From contig CBDDDZ010000002.1 in the NCBI GenBank assembly GCA_965226795.1, positions 576,001-640,000 on the forward strand: DNA of 64,000 bases, in the 5' to 3' direction. Positions 18,413 through 28,396 of the stretch are shown in pieces; position 1 is the stretch's first letter; each line of letters begins with the position of its first letter. This DNA comes from Candidatus Latescibacterota bacterium. Lineage in GTDB: Bacteria; Latescibacterota; UBA2968; GCA-2709665. Both the position numbers and the translations under genes were made by a program. Under the pieces are notes generated by a model that made no database searches, was not told the origin of the DNA, and saw nothing but the letters and a program-made list of their open reading frames with translations.

Positions 18413-20392
18413 GTGTCTACCGTTGCAGATCAGATCTCCGAGGCCATGCCCGACGCCCGCCTCGCGGAGTCCCGTCACGTCCACACCCCGTGGACGCTGG
18501 CGGCCTGTTCAACGCTTGAAGAATGGGAAGCCCGTGCCGCGCATATCAGGAAACACATTCTCGTTGTTCTGGGTCTGTACCCTTTACCCGAAGAGACCCC
18601 TCTCAATCCCCTTGTGTTCGGAAGGGTGGAACGCGGGGCCTATTCCGTCGAGAAAGTTTTCTTCGAGTCGCTACCGGGGTTCCTGGTGTGCGGCAACCTG
18701 TATCGTCCGTTGACTGAAGGACCTCACCCGGGCATTGCCTGCCCCCACGGCCACTGCCGTCGAGGTCGCCTGGAGAACGACGACACCGCTTTCGGGTCCA
18801 TTCCGGGTCGCTGTATCAATCTGGCTCGTCAGGGTCATATCGTCCTTTCCTACGACATGGCGGGGTACAATGACAGCAGCCAGATCGAGCATCGGAAATA
18901 CGGCGGGCGCGTGGAAGACCTATGGGGTATCGGCATTCTGGGGCTGCAACTGTGGAACAGCATCCGCGTTATCGACTTCCTGCAGTCCCTTCCAGACGTG
19001 GACCCGGACCGGATCGGCTGCACCGGCGCATCGGGCGGCGGCACCCAGACCTTCATGCTCGCCGCCGTGGACGACCGGGTCAAGGTTGCGGCGCCGGTCA
19101 ATATGATCTCGGCCCACATGCAGGGCGGATGCAACTGTGAAAACCAGGCCCATCTCCGCCTGGACGTCAACAATGTCGAGATCGCGGCCGCAATGGCGCC
19201 GCGCCCGCTTTTCCTCGTCTCCGCCTCCGGCGACTGGACCTGCAATACCCCCGAGGTGGAGTATCCGGCAATCCGGGAAATTTACCGTATGTACAACGCC
19301 GAAGACAGAGTAGGCACCGCCCAGGTGGACGCCGGGCACAACTATAATCGAAAGAGCCGCGAATACGTTTACAGATGGTTCGGAAAATGGCTGCTCGGCA
19401 GGGACGAACCGTTCATGGAGCGTGCCTTTACTGTGGAACCCGACGAGGATTTGCTGGTTTTCCACAGCCGGAAGCCGCCCTCCCACGCACTGGATGCGGA
19501 CGGGCTCACGAATTTCCTGATCGCCAGATCCGAGGTGCGCCTTAAAGACGCACTGCCGGATAACCCGGCCTCCATGCGCCGGTTCAAAGAGGGGATGGGT
19601 CCGGCGCTTCAACACGCAATCTCCGCCACGTACCCGAAGGCGCTTATCGCGAGGGATATGGGGCGTACCAGGAACAGGAACCGCATCATCCAGCGGCTCC
19701 TGCTAGGCCGGCGGGATTTCGGGGACCGCGTTCCGGCCCGACTGTTTCTGCCTCGAAACGGCCTGGAGAAGTCCCCGGGCACGCTCCTGGTACACCCTGG
19801 CGGAAATGACGCCCTCTCCGATCCGGATAACGGCTCACCCGGCCTCGTGGTCGCCGACCTGCTCCGCCGGGGCCAACGGGTTCTTGCCATCAGCCCGTTC
19901 CTCGTCGGTTCGTCTCCTTCAAACTCGGGTCGCCGCGACACCGATGTGCCCCTTTTCCACACCTACAACTCCTGCGATGCGACCTGTAGAATACAGGACA
20001 TCCTCACGGCCCTGGCCTATCTTCGGACCCGTGCCGACGTGACATCCATTCATCTTCAGGGCATGGGCGCCGCGGGGCTCTGGTGCCTGTTCGCGCGCGC
20101 CCTGGCGCCTGGCGTCGGCCGCACCGTCGTCGACGGCAACCGGTTACGGGCCAGCGACGACGCGTATTGGGCCGAACACCTCTTCATCCCGGCCATCCGC
20201 GCCGCCGGCGACCTTCGCACGGCCGCCGCGCTGATCGCGCCTGCGCCGCTCTTCGTCCACAACACGGGCGCAGACTTCCCCATAGACGAATTTCGCTCGT
20301 CTTACCGCGCCGCGGAAGCCTGCTCATCCCTGACGATCTCACGTCGGCGGGTCAACCGAAGGGCGTTGCACGACTGGCTCACGGATTCCTGA
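18413..20392 (+). CDS. Two-domain alpha/beta hydrolase (acetylxylan esterase-like)
   Basis: Nucleophile elbow 'GCTGASGGGTQT', 'CPHGH', 'GHNYN'; second domain degenerate. Confidence 0.8.
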   Translation: MSTVADQISEAMPDARLAESRHVHTPWTLAACSTLEEWEARAAHIRKHILVVLGLYPLPEETPLNPLVFGRVERGAYSVEKVFFESLPGFLVCGNLYRPLTEGPHPGIACPHGHCRRGRLENDDTAFGSIPGRCINLARQGHIVLSYDMAGYNDSSQIEHRKYGGRVEDLWGIGILGLQLWNSIRVIDFLQSLPDVDPDRIGCTGASGGGTQTFMLAAVDDRVKVAAPVNMISAHMQGGCNCENQAHLRLDVNNVEIAAAMAPRPLFLVSASGDWTCNTPEVEYPAIREIYRMYNAEDRVGTAQVDAGHNYNRKSREYVYRWFGKWLLGRDEPFMERAFTVEPDEDLLVFHSRKPPSHALDADGLTNFLIARSEVRLKDALPDNPASMRRFKEGMGPALQHAISATYPKALIARDMGRTRNRNRIIQRLLLGRRDFGDRVPARLFLPRNGLEKSPGTLLVHPGGNDALSDPDNGSPGLVVADLLRRGQRVLAISPFLVGSSPSNSGRRDTDVPLFHTYNSCDATCRIQDILTALAYLRTRADVTSIHLQGMGAAGLWCLFARALAPGVGRTVVDGNRLRASDDAYWAEHLFIPAIRAAGDLRTAAALIAPAPLFVHNTGADFPIDEFRSSYRAAEACSSLTISRRRVNRRALHDWLTDS

Positions 20393-20417
20393 CCACGCTT
20401 CTCACCTGGACCTCGTA

Positions 20418-21728
20418 ATGAAGATCGCCCACATTTCGGATTTTCATCTCCGCCATCATCTCCCCGGCACTTCCACCATATCCCGCCGTCTCAGCCGGCA
20501 CATGCCTGGCCTCATATCACAGGCGGTGGAACGCATTCGCGTGGAATCTCCCGATCTCGTCGTGGTCACTGGCGACCTGGTCGACCATCCCTTTTATGGA
20601 ATGCACGACCCGGAACTCATCGCGCTTGGAGAGAAGGACCTCCGTCTTGTCCGGGAATGCTTTGCGCCGCTGACCTGTCCGGTCGCCTGGCTCTACGGCA
20701 ACCACGACCATCCGGGATCCTTTCACAGCGTCTTCGGCGACCTGCCCGTGGATTTCGACGTGGCGGGTTATCGCGTCGTGATCTTTTTGGATGACGAAGT
20801 TGAAGACCACTTTCCGCAGCGAATGGGGGCGCAGCGCGAACGGTTTCTCGCCGCGTTGAACGACGACAATCCGCAGCCGCAGATCCACCTCCAGCACTAC
20901 CTGGTCGCGCCCGAGCGTACGGGCGGCTATCCCCACGCCTACCGCGAGGCCGGAAGCCTGAAGGCGGCCCTCCTGGCCGACAGCCGGGAGCGCCTTGTGC
21001 TGAGCGGACACTATCACAAAGGCGACAGCCTCTTCAGCGAGGGTCGCGTCCACTTCGCCAATGCGCCCGCATTCGGGGAACCGCCCCATCCGTTTCGCAT
21101 CTACACCACCGATGAGACCGGCGTCACACAGACCGAACATCAACTGTGTTCGCCAGATGCACAAAAGCGCGGCGCCGTCTTCCTGGACCGCGACGGCACC
21201 GTCAGCCCTGAGCCGGCCTACCGTACCGGTCCTGAGCACTTTAGCCTGCTTCCCGGCGCGGAGGAAGCCCTTTTGAGATTGAAGCGTGCCGGTTACGCCC
21301 TCGTTATTGTCTCGAACCAGACTGCCGTTGGCCAGGGATACGTCACCACCGAAACCGTCGGCGCCGTGAACGACCGCATGGCCGCGATGCTCGGATCTTC
21401 CAGTGTGGAACTGGACGGGGTCTACTGCCGGTACGACAGTCGGGGAGCGGTGTTACCTGAACATCGTACGGACACCCCGGAAACCAAACCCAGTCCCGCC
21501 ATGCTGTATGCCGCGGCCGACGACCTCAACCTTAACCTTGCCTCGTCTTTCATGATCGGCGACAGAAATAGCGACGTGGACGCCGGGAGAAACGCCGGCT
21601 GCCGTGCCACCATTCTTGTGAAAACAGGCTCCGGTCTGGAGGCGCTCGCGAATATGCCTCCCGGACACGCGGATTTCGTAGCCGCCGACCTCGCCGCCGC
21701 CGCGGACTGGATTCTGGAGCAGGGATGA
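20418..21728 (+). CDS. Metallophosphoesterase fused to a GmhB/HisB-like HAD phosphatase
   Basis: MPP motifs SDFH, GDLVD, GNHD, SGHYH; then 'FLDRDGT', 'VSNQ', 'KPSPAM', 'MIGD'. Confidence 0.85.
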   Translation: MKIAHISDFHLRHHLPGTSTISRRLSRHMPGLISQAVERIRVESPDLVVVTGDLVDHPFYGMHDPELIALGEKDLRLVRECFAPLTCPVAWLYGNHDHPGSFHSVFGDLPVDFDVAGYRVVIFLDDEVEDHFPQRMGAQRERFLAALNDDNPQPQIHLQHYLVAPERTGGYPHAYREAGSLKAALLADSRERLVLSGHYHKGDSLFSEGRVHFANAPAFGEPPHPFRIYTTDETGVTQTEHQLCSPDAQKRGAVFLDRDGTVSPEPAYRTGPEHFSLLPGAEEALLRLKRAGYALVIVSNQTAVGQGYVTTETVGAVNDRMAAMLGSSSVELDGVYCRYDSRGAVLPEHRTDTPETKPSPAMLYAAADDLNLNLASSFMIGDRNSDVDAGRNAGCRATILVKTGSGLEALANMPPGHADFVAADLAAAADWILEQG

Positions 21729-22351
21729 TGACAGGACTCTCCGTCCGATCCGTTCTTCGGGTCCTGATTCCGGCGGCCGCCGTGGCCGTGCTCATCGGTG
21801 TTGTCCTCACCGTGTATTCACGGGAACTGGACCGACGCCTTGGCTCCGGGCCGGAAAAACCCGCATCATCCGATCTACCGTCCATCCTGCACAGAGTCGC
21901 TGACTCGCTTTCGGCGGCGGACCTGGCCGGGACGCTGGCCCAACAATTGGTTCCGCCGCGAAGCCCGAATCATGCAGACGGTCTGAAGCGGATCTGTTTC
22001 GCCGTTCTGCTACCCCTCAAATACAAAAAAGAAAGCCTGCTGGCTTTCTTTTTTGACCGCACTTCGTTCGCCTTTCCTCGAAAAACCCCCGTGCGGGGCT
22101 TCGCGCGCGCCGCACGCGCCTATTTCGGCCTATCTCCGTGCCGGCTGACCACGGGGGAAGCCATCCTGCTGTTCCATATTGCCCGCTTTCCCGACGCACC
22201 GGTACCGGTAAACGACCCTGAACGAACCCTGGAACTTCGGAACCGCCTCCTTCTGGATCTCCAGAATGACAAACTGATTACGCCGGCACAGTACCGTTCC
22301 GAATCCAGCCGCCCGCTCATTCTGTCCGGCCGCCATCCGGCCGTGTGGTGA
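21725..22351 (+). CDS. Membrane-anchored protein with a degenerate transglycosylase (GT51)-like domain
   Basis: 'TLAQQLV', 'GFARAARAYFG', 'LTTGEAILL', 'RNRLL'; the catalytic EDxxF motif is not seen. Confidence 0.55.
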   Translation: MMTGLSVRSVLRVLIPAAAVAVLIGVVLTVYSRELDRRLGSGPEKPASSDLPSILHRVADSLSAADLAGTLAQQLVPPRSPNHADGLKRICFAVLLPLKYKKESLLAFFFDRTSFAFPRKTPVRGFARAARAYFGLSPCRLTTGEAILLFHIARFPDAPVPVNDPERTLELRNRLLLDLQNDKLITPAQYRSESSRPLILSGRHPAVW

Positions 22352-22618
22352 GAGACAGCGTTTTCGCCCCGCGCCAATCGTATTCTCGTGGCTTGCGCGA
22401 GGTTACCGGTGTATGCGGCTCCGGTCATAATTCGTTATATTGTCGTGTCCTGAGCAGGTGTACGGCGTCCAACCCGCAAGCCCAGATGTGAAACCCTGCC
22501 CACCTGCATCCGAGTGACGATGCGATAGCTATTGCGGCTACGGCTACCGGTTGACCACCCTCCGCAAGGCGTCGCCAGCCCATCTCCCGTTGCCGTCCTA
22601 TCCATTGAGGGGTCATAT

Positions 22619-22702
22619 AATTCGGGCCTCTATCCGTATTTCCGCCAACCGGGAGGGTTTGGCAAGCGGATTGCGCGACAGAGGCCCGCGTCCTGATTCA
22701 TC
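22619..22702 (-). ncRNA. Candidate structured RNA, copy 1 (unknown family; strand provisional)
   Basis: Long GGGCCTC/GAGGCCC stem with an inner hairpin; conserved at 27949-28031; minus-strand promoter TTGACT-18-TAACAT immediately upstream. Confidence 0.5.
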
Positions 22703-22807
22703 ATATGTTATCCGAATTTTCGACTCCGAGTCAACCCCCGGCGATCGAATCCGGTGGTTTTTTTTCTGACTGACCCGGATTAACGGTGGCAACTTGCGGT
22801 TCTACGC

Positions 22808-22846
22808 AATTAACTTTTTACGGACCACGTTTTTGACGTTCGCGCA
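22808..22846. repeat. Detached copy of the 3' end of the gene at 29241-29984
   Basis: AATTAACT....TACGGACCACGTTTTTGACGTTCGCGCA also occurs at about 29244-29282. Confidence 0.8.
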
Positions 22847-23417
22847 CGGTTGGTCGAGTCATCAATACCGATCGCCTGGATTCCGAACCACACGCAGGAG
22901 TGTGTGTGGATAATCGAAGGCGGGAAGGTCCTGGATCGCCACACGAAGGCAGGGAAAGCGATCACTCCTTCCATGGCGTTGGTTGAGTGATCGGCCACTG
23001 TCCATATTCCCGCTACGTCGTCCCCAAGTCAGGGCGCTCGATGATGCGTACGCTCGTTGTGGTCAACCGGGGAAGAAGCGCTCGCGCAGGGTCCCGATCT
23101 CTTGTGCAGGCTCCTCTGTCGGCTTGATTCGCCCCTCCTCGTTCCGCCGTTGTGACCCGAGTGTTTGGAACCGACACCATGCACCCGGTATTTTCAGTGA
23201 AAAAAAGACCGGAATTTCATTGGGACTTTACAAATCATATTGCAACGCTGATAGATTTGATACATATTCAGCGACAGACAAGCGTCGCGGTCGGTGCGGG
23301 CAGGCGGGTGAAGGATGCCCTCACAAGAGGCTGGCGCTGTCGTATTTCAGGCTATGGAGACCATGGTCGATCCTTGTGGAGGTGTTTTCCGCAATGGCAA
23401 CAGTAAAGGAGTGCGGC

Positions 23418-26400
23418 ATGGGTAACGAAATCTTCGACAAGAAAACGGCGGTGTCGATGCTGGTGCTCATCGCGCTGTTTTGCAGCCTTTCGGTGTCTGG
23501 CGCCGGTGTGGGTGGAATGGAGGAGGACCACCGGACGTGGCATCTGCCTGAGGGCGCGACTACGCGCCTGGGAAAAGGAGCTATTGGATCGGGGGACCGT
23601 GCGCTGGCCCTTTCTCCGGACGAGGGAACGCTGGCCGTGGCCAGCAGCATCGGCGTTTGGCTGTACGATGTGGCCACGGCCCGTACCCTGGCGCTGTTGC
23701 CGAGTCCAGTCCGGGTCAATTCGGTTGTGTTTTCCACGGATGGCGGTACGCTGGCCACAGCGTCGGAGGATGGGGCTGTGAGGCTGTGGGACGTGGCCAC
23801 GGGAATGGAGATCGCCACCCTCGAAGGGCATACGGGTAGAGTCACTTCGGTGATGTTTTCGCCGGAAGGGGACATGCTGGCCTCCGCGTCGGCGGACGGC
23901 ACGGTGAGGCTGTGGGACGTGGGCACCCGAACGGAGGCCGCCACCCTCGAAGGGCATACGGGCAATGTGAATTCGGTGATGTTTTCGCCGGATGGGGGGA
24001 CACTGGCCTCCGCGTCTTCGGATGGATCGGTAATTCTGTGGGACGTGGCCACGGAATCACAGGTCGGCGCTCTCGAAGGGGATACGGGTGCGGTCAACTC
24101 GGTGGCGTTTTCGACGAATGGGGACACGCTGGCCTCCGCGTCTTCGGATGGATCGGTAATTCTGTGGGACGTGGCCACGGAATCACAGGTCGACACTCTC
24201 GAAGGGGATACGGGTGCGGTCAACTCGGTGGCGTTTTCGCCGGATGGTGGCACGCTGGCCTCCGCGTCTTCGGATGGATCGGTGTTGCTTTGGGACGTCG
24301 CCAGGCGAAGAGTGGCCGACACCCTCGAAGGGCACACGGGTAGCGTCACTTCGGTGGTGTTTTCGACGGATGGTGCCACGCTGGCCTCCGCGTCGGAGGA
24401 TGGCACGGCCAGGCTGTGGGACGTGGAGACAGGGTATTTCGTCGCACTGACCGGGTATAAATCCGCGGTCAACTCGGTGGTGTTTTCGACGGACGGAGAC
24501 ACGCTGGTCTACGGGTCGGCGGATGGATCGGTAATTCTGTGGGACGTGGCCACAGAATCACAGATCAGTGCTTTCGAAGGGCACAGAGGGGGTGTCACTT
24601 CGGTGGCGTTTTCGCCGGTCGGGGACACGTTGGCCACTGCGTCAGCGGATAGCACGGTGAGGTTGTGGGACGTGGCCTCGCAATCACAGGCCGCCATCCT
24701 GGAAGGGCATACGGGTAAAGTCACTTCGGTGGTGTTTTCACCGGATGGCGGCACGCTGGCCTCCGGGTCGGAGGATGGTACGGCCAGGCTGTGGGACGTG
24801 GCCTCGCAATCACCGGCAGCCGCCCTCGAGCGGCATACGGGTAAAGTCACTTCGGTGGCGTTTTCACCGGATGGCGGCACGCTGGCCACCGTATCAGAGG
24901 ATGGCACGGTGAGGTTATGGGACGTCGCCATGCGAAGAGTGGTCTCCACCCACGAAGGGCATAGAGGGGGTGTCACTTCGGTGGTGTTTTCACCGGACGG
25001 CGGCACGCTGGCCTCCGGGTCGGAGGATGGCACTGTGAGGTTGTGGGACGTGGCCTCGAAAACACACGTCGCCACCCTGCAAGGACATTCGGACGGGGTC
25101 GAATCACTGGCGTTTTCGCAGGACGGCAGCAGGCTGGCCTCCGGGTCACACGACAACACAACCAAGGTTTGGGACGTGACGGCGCGAACCGAGGTCGCGA
25201 CATTGGAGGGACATAACGGCGACGTCCGTTCGGTTGTGTTTTCGTCGGATTGGGCCACGTTGGCCTCCGGGTCGGAGGATGGCACGGTGCTGCTGTGGGA
25301 TCTGTCGGCGTGGCCGGGTCTCCGACCATTCGGTCTGGAGGTTATCTCCGGCGACGGACAGGAGGGCGCGCCGGGTAGTGCGCTTGCCAACCCCCTGATC
25401 GTGGAGGTGAAAGATCAGAATGGCGAGCCCCTGCCGGATGTCGGCGTCACCTATACTGTCACGGCCGGCGACGGCAAGCTCAGCGGGCGGTTCACAGTCC
25501 AGCATACGCGGACGGATGCGGATGGCCTCGCAGCCACCACCCTGACGCTGGGTGCCCGGGCGGGCACGAACACCGTTGCGGTAACGCTCGGCGGTCGTGA
25601 GTTAGCGACGTTTTCCGCAGAAGGTGTGGGAACCCCCGTGGTCGTGTTGGACGGGGACTACCGGAAGTGGCGTCTGCCCGAGGGGGCTACGGCGCGCCTG
25701 GGCAAAGGCGCCATTGGCCAGAGCGACCGCGCGGTGGCTCTTTCGCCGGATGGACGAACACTGGCCGTGGCCAGCGGTATCGGTGTCTGGTTGTATGAAG
25801 TGAGCACCTCCCGCGCCACCGCATTGCTCCCAAGTCGCGCTCGTGTCCATTCAGTGGCGTTTTCAGGGCACGGCACCCTCGCGGCGGGGTTGAACGACGG
25901 CCAGGTCGAACTATGGAATGTAGAGTTTGGCGCACGGGTCGCCACCCTGAAGGGTCATGCGGATCGGGTCAATTCGGTGGTGTTTTCGACGGACGGCGCA
26001 ACGCTCGCCTCTGGTGCGGAGGATGCCACGATCAAGCTGTGGGACGCGGCCACGCAAACAGAAGTCGCCACATTGCGGCGGCACACGATTGGGGTCACTT
26101 CGGTGGCATTTTCTCCGGATGGCGGCCGGCTGGCTTCCGGATCGAGCGACCATACGGTTAAACTCTGGGACGTGGCCGCTCGATCCGAGGTCGCCACTCT
26201 CGAGGGGCATACGGATGGCGTCACTTCGGTGGTGTTTTCACAGAATGGGAGCACGCTGGCCTCCGGGTCGACTGACCGCACGGTTAAACTCTGGGACGTG
26301 GTCGCTCGATCCGAGGTCGCCACTCTCGAGGGGCATACGGATGGCGTCACTTCGGTGGTGTTTTCGCAGAATGGGAGCACGCTGGCCTCCGGATCGGGCG

Positions 26401-27653
26401 ACCGCACGGTCAAGCTGTGGGACGTGGCCACGCGAGATCTGATCAACACCCTGGAAGAGCATGCGGATAGAGTCTATTCGGTGGCGATCTCGCGCGATGG
26501 CTCCCTTCTCGCCACCGGGGCAGCGGACGGCACGGTCATCGTAAGGGATGTAGAGACGGGCAATGCCGGGGCAGTCTACGGGCATACGTCTCTGTCGTCG
26601 ATGGCGCTTACGTCAGATGGCGGCGTACTGGCCTCGGGGTCGCAGGATGGGACGGTCCGGTTATGGGACGTGGCCACGCAAACCGAGGTCGCCACTCTCG
26701 AAGGACATAGTGGCTGGGTCTATTCGGTGGCGTTCTCGTCGGACGGGAGCACGCTGGCCTCGGGGTCGCAGGACGGCACGGTCCGTTTATGGGACGTCGC
26801 CACGCGAACCGAGGTCGCCACGCTCGAAGGGAGTAGTAGCTGGGTCTATTCGGTGATATTCTCGCCAGACGGGAGCACGCTGGCCTCGGGGTCGAGGCAT
26901 GGCACGGTTAAGCTGTGGAACGTGGCTACGGGTACCGACGTCGCCACGCTCGAAGGCCAAGGGCACACGGGCGGAGTGGGCTCAGTGGCGTTCTCGCCGG
27001 ATGGGAGCACGCTGGCCGCCGGGTCGAGCGACAACACGGTCAAGCTTTGGGACGTGGCCACACGGACCGAGGTCGACATTCTCGAAGGACATACTGGCTG
27101 GGTCAATTCGGCGGTGTTTTCGCGGGACGGGACGACGCTGGTGTCGGGTTCGCAGGATGGCACGGTCCGGTTGTGGGACGTGGGCACGCGAACCGAGACG
27201 GCCACGCTCGAAGGGCACAGTGGATGGGTCTATTCGGTGGCGTTCTCGCCGGATGAGGACTCACTGGCCTCGGGGTCGCAGGACGGCACGGTCCGGCTAT
27301 GGGACGTGGCCACGCGAACCGGGACGGCCACGCTCGAAGGGCACAGTGGATGGGTCTATTCGGTGGCGTTCTCGCCGGATGGCAGCACGCTGGTTTCCGG
27401 ATCACGGGATGGCTCAATGCTGATGTGGAATATCGCGCCGGCGGTTCCACCGCCGACGGATCAACCGCAGACTGCCGATCCCGACTTCAACGACGACGGT
27501 AGTGTCGGCTTTGCCGATTTTGTGCTGTTCGCGCAACAGTTCGGCTTGCGCGAAGGCGATGCGGGATATGACGCGAAGTACGACCTGGACGAGGATGGCG
27601 CCATCGGCTTCGGTGATTTCGTGATATTCGCCAACGCGTTCGGGAAGAGTTAA
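23418..27653 (+). CDS. Secreted WD40 protein: 14 WD40 repeats, Big_1/Ig-like domain, 14 WD40 repeats, dockerin-like EF-hand tail
   Basis: RBS AAGGAG then ATG 23418; signal peptide; two 'LPEGAxxRLGKG' module starts; 'ISGDGQEGAPG' Ig motif; 'DFNDDGSVGFADFVLF' tail. Confidence 0.9.
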   Translation: MGNEIFDKKTAVSMLVLIALFCSLSVSGAGVGGMEEDHRTWHLPEGATTRLGKGAIGSGDRALALSPDEGTLAVASSIGVWLYDVATARTLALLPSPVRVNSVVFSTDGGTLATASEDGAVRLWDVATGMEIATLEGHTGRVTSVMFSPEGDMLASASADGTVRLWDVGTRTEAATLEGHTGNVNSVMFSPDGGTLASASSDGSVILWDVATESQVGALEGDTGAVNSVAFSTNGDTLASASSDGSVILWDVATESQVDTLEGDTGAVNSVAFSPDGGTLASASSDGSVLLWDVARRRVADTLEGHTGSVTSVVFSTDGATLASASEDGTARLWDVETGYFVALTGYKSAVNSVVFSTDGDTLVYGSADGSVILWDVATESQISAFEGHRGGVTSVAFSPVGDTLATASADSTVRLWDVASQSQAAILEGHTGKVTSVVFSPDGGTLASGSEDGTARLWDVASQSPAAALERHTGKVTSVAFSPDGGTLATVSEDGTVRLWDVAMRRVVSTHEGHRGGVTSVVFSPDGGTLASGSEDGTVRLWDVASKTHVATLQGHSDGVESLAFSQDGSRLASGSHDNTTKVWDVTARTEVATLEGHNGDVRSVVFSSDWATLASGSEDGTVLLWDLSAWPGLRPFGLEVISGDGQEGAPGSALANPLIVEVKDQNGEPLPDVGVTYTVTAGDGKLSGRFTVQHTRTDADGLAATTLTLGARAGTNTVAVTLGGRELATFSAEGVGTPVVVLDGDYRKWRLPEGATARLGKGAIGQSDRAVALSPDGRTLAVASGIGVWLYEVSTSRATALLPSRARVHSVAFSGHGTLAAGLNDGQVELWNVEFGARVATLKGHADRVNSVVFSTDGATLASGAEDATIKLWDAATQTEVATLRRHTIGVTSVAFSPDGGRLASGSSDHTVKLWDVAARSEVATLEGHTDGVTSVVFSQNGSTLASGSTDRTVKLWDVVARSEVATLEGHTDGVTSVVFSQNGSTLASGSGDRTVKLWDVATRDLINTLEEHADRVYSVAISRDGSLLATGAADGTVIVRDVETGNAGAVYGHTSLSSMALTSDGGVLASGSQDGTVRLWDVATQTEVATLEGHSGWVYSVAFSSDGSTLASGSQDGTVRLWDVATRTEVATLEGSSSWVYSVIFSPDGSTLASGSRHGTVKLWNVATGTDVATLEGQGHTGGVGSVAFSPDGSTLAAGSSDNTVKLWDVATRTEVDILEGHTGWVNSAVFSRDGTTLVSGSQDGTVRLWDVGTRTETATLEGHSGWVYSVAFSPDEDSLASGSQDGTVRLWDVATRTGTATLEGHSGWVYSVAFSPDGSTLVSGSRDGSMLMWNIAPAVPPPTDQPQTADPDFNDDGSVGFADFVLFAQQFGLREGDAGYDAKYDLDEDGAIGFGDFVIFANAFGKS

Positions 27654-27948
27654 GCCACTGAAGTCAGATCGCCCTTCATTGAATGATCCGGGCCACCTTG
27701 TCGGAGGTTGCGGTCGGGTTTTGTCCTGGAGTAATGTCCGGTCGCCGCTGCGGTTGAGCACACGCCCACAGTTTTTCGGATTCGCTCAGTACGCATCTCG
27801 AACGCCGCCTCACAACGTCCCGACACGCCGAAGGACCGTCAATTCCCGGATCGAAACGGCCGCCATGTCGGCCTCTCGGTGAGCATCGCCGTCACCGACA
27901 GTGTCGAATGGAAGGCACACATCCCCGGAGATCCTGAGGGGGATAATT

Positions 27949-28031
27949 AATTCGGGCCTCCATCCGTGCGTCCGCCGGCCGGGAGGGGAGGCAAACGGCG
28001 CGCACTATAGAGGCCCGCGTCCTGATTCATC
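27949..28031 (-). ncRNA. Candidate structured RNA, copy 2
   Basis: Paralog of 22619-22702; minus-strand promoter TTGACA-17-TAAAGT at 28036-28064. Confidence 0.5.
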
Positions 28032-28396
28032 CAAAACTTTACCCGATTTCCGATTGCGTGTCAAGCCCCTGCAATCGAAACCGGAAGATTCATTGGCGTA
28101 CGGCCATATCGGGGTTCAATCCGGCCGCAAGCGGTTTTACCTGTTTAACTCGATGCACACTACTTCTCCACGCCCCGGCGCTCGTTGATGTGCACGCTCG
28201 CAGGGTCAACCGGGATTGAGGCGCTCACGAAGTGTTTCAATCTCGTGCACCATATTTGTTGCAACGCAAACGAATCTAATACTTTTTCAGCACCAGACAA
28301 GCTCGTCATAGAGGCGGGATCGTGTCTTGATTTTCTCACCAAGGTCGATACAGGTGGAGGGATTCTCCACAACGGCAAGGAAAGAGGAGTGCGGTT

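Noticed and set aside
22440..22616. Possible 6S RNA or small ORF left of the first structured element
   Set aside because: Only a short GCAGGTG/CACCTGC stem with no closing 6S-like helix; the 63-aa ORF has no counterpart at the second copy.
22983..23417. 145-aa N-terminal extension of the WD40 ORF
   Set aside because: The RBS and signal peptide sit at 23418, matching the paralog start at 28397; the extension covers promoter-like DNA.
23700..27430. 126-bp periodic repeats as a CRISPR array or DGR template/variable pair
   Set aside because: They are in-frame WD40 coding repeats; no spacers, cas genes, reverse transcriptase or evident adenine-specific variation.
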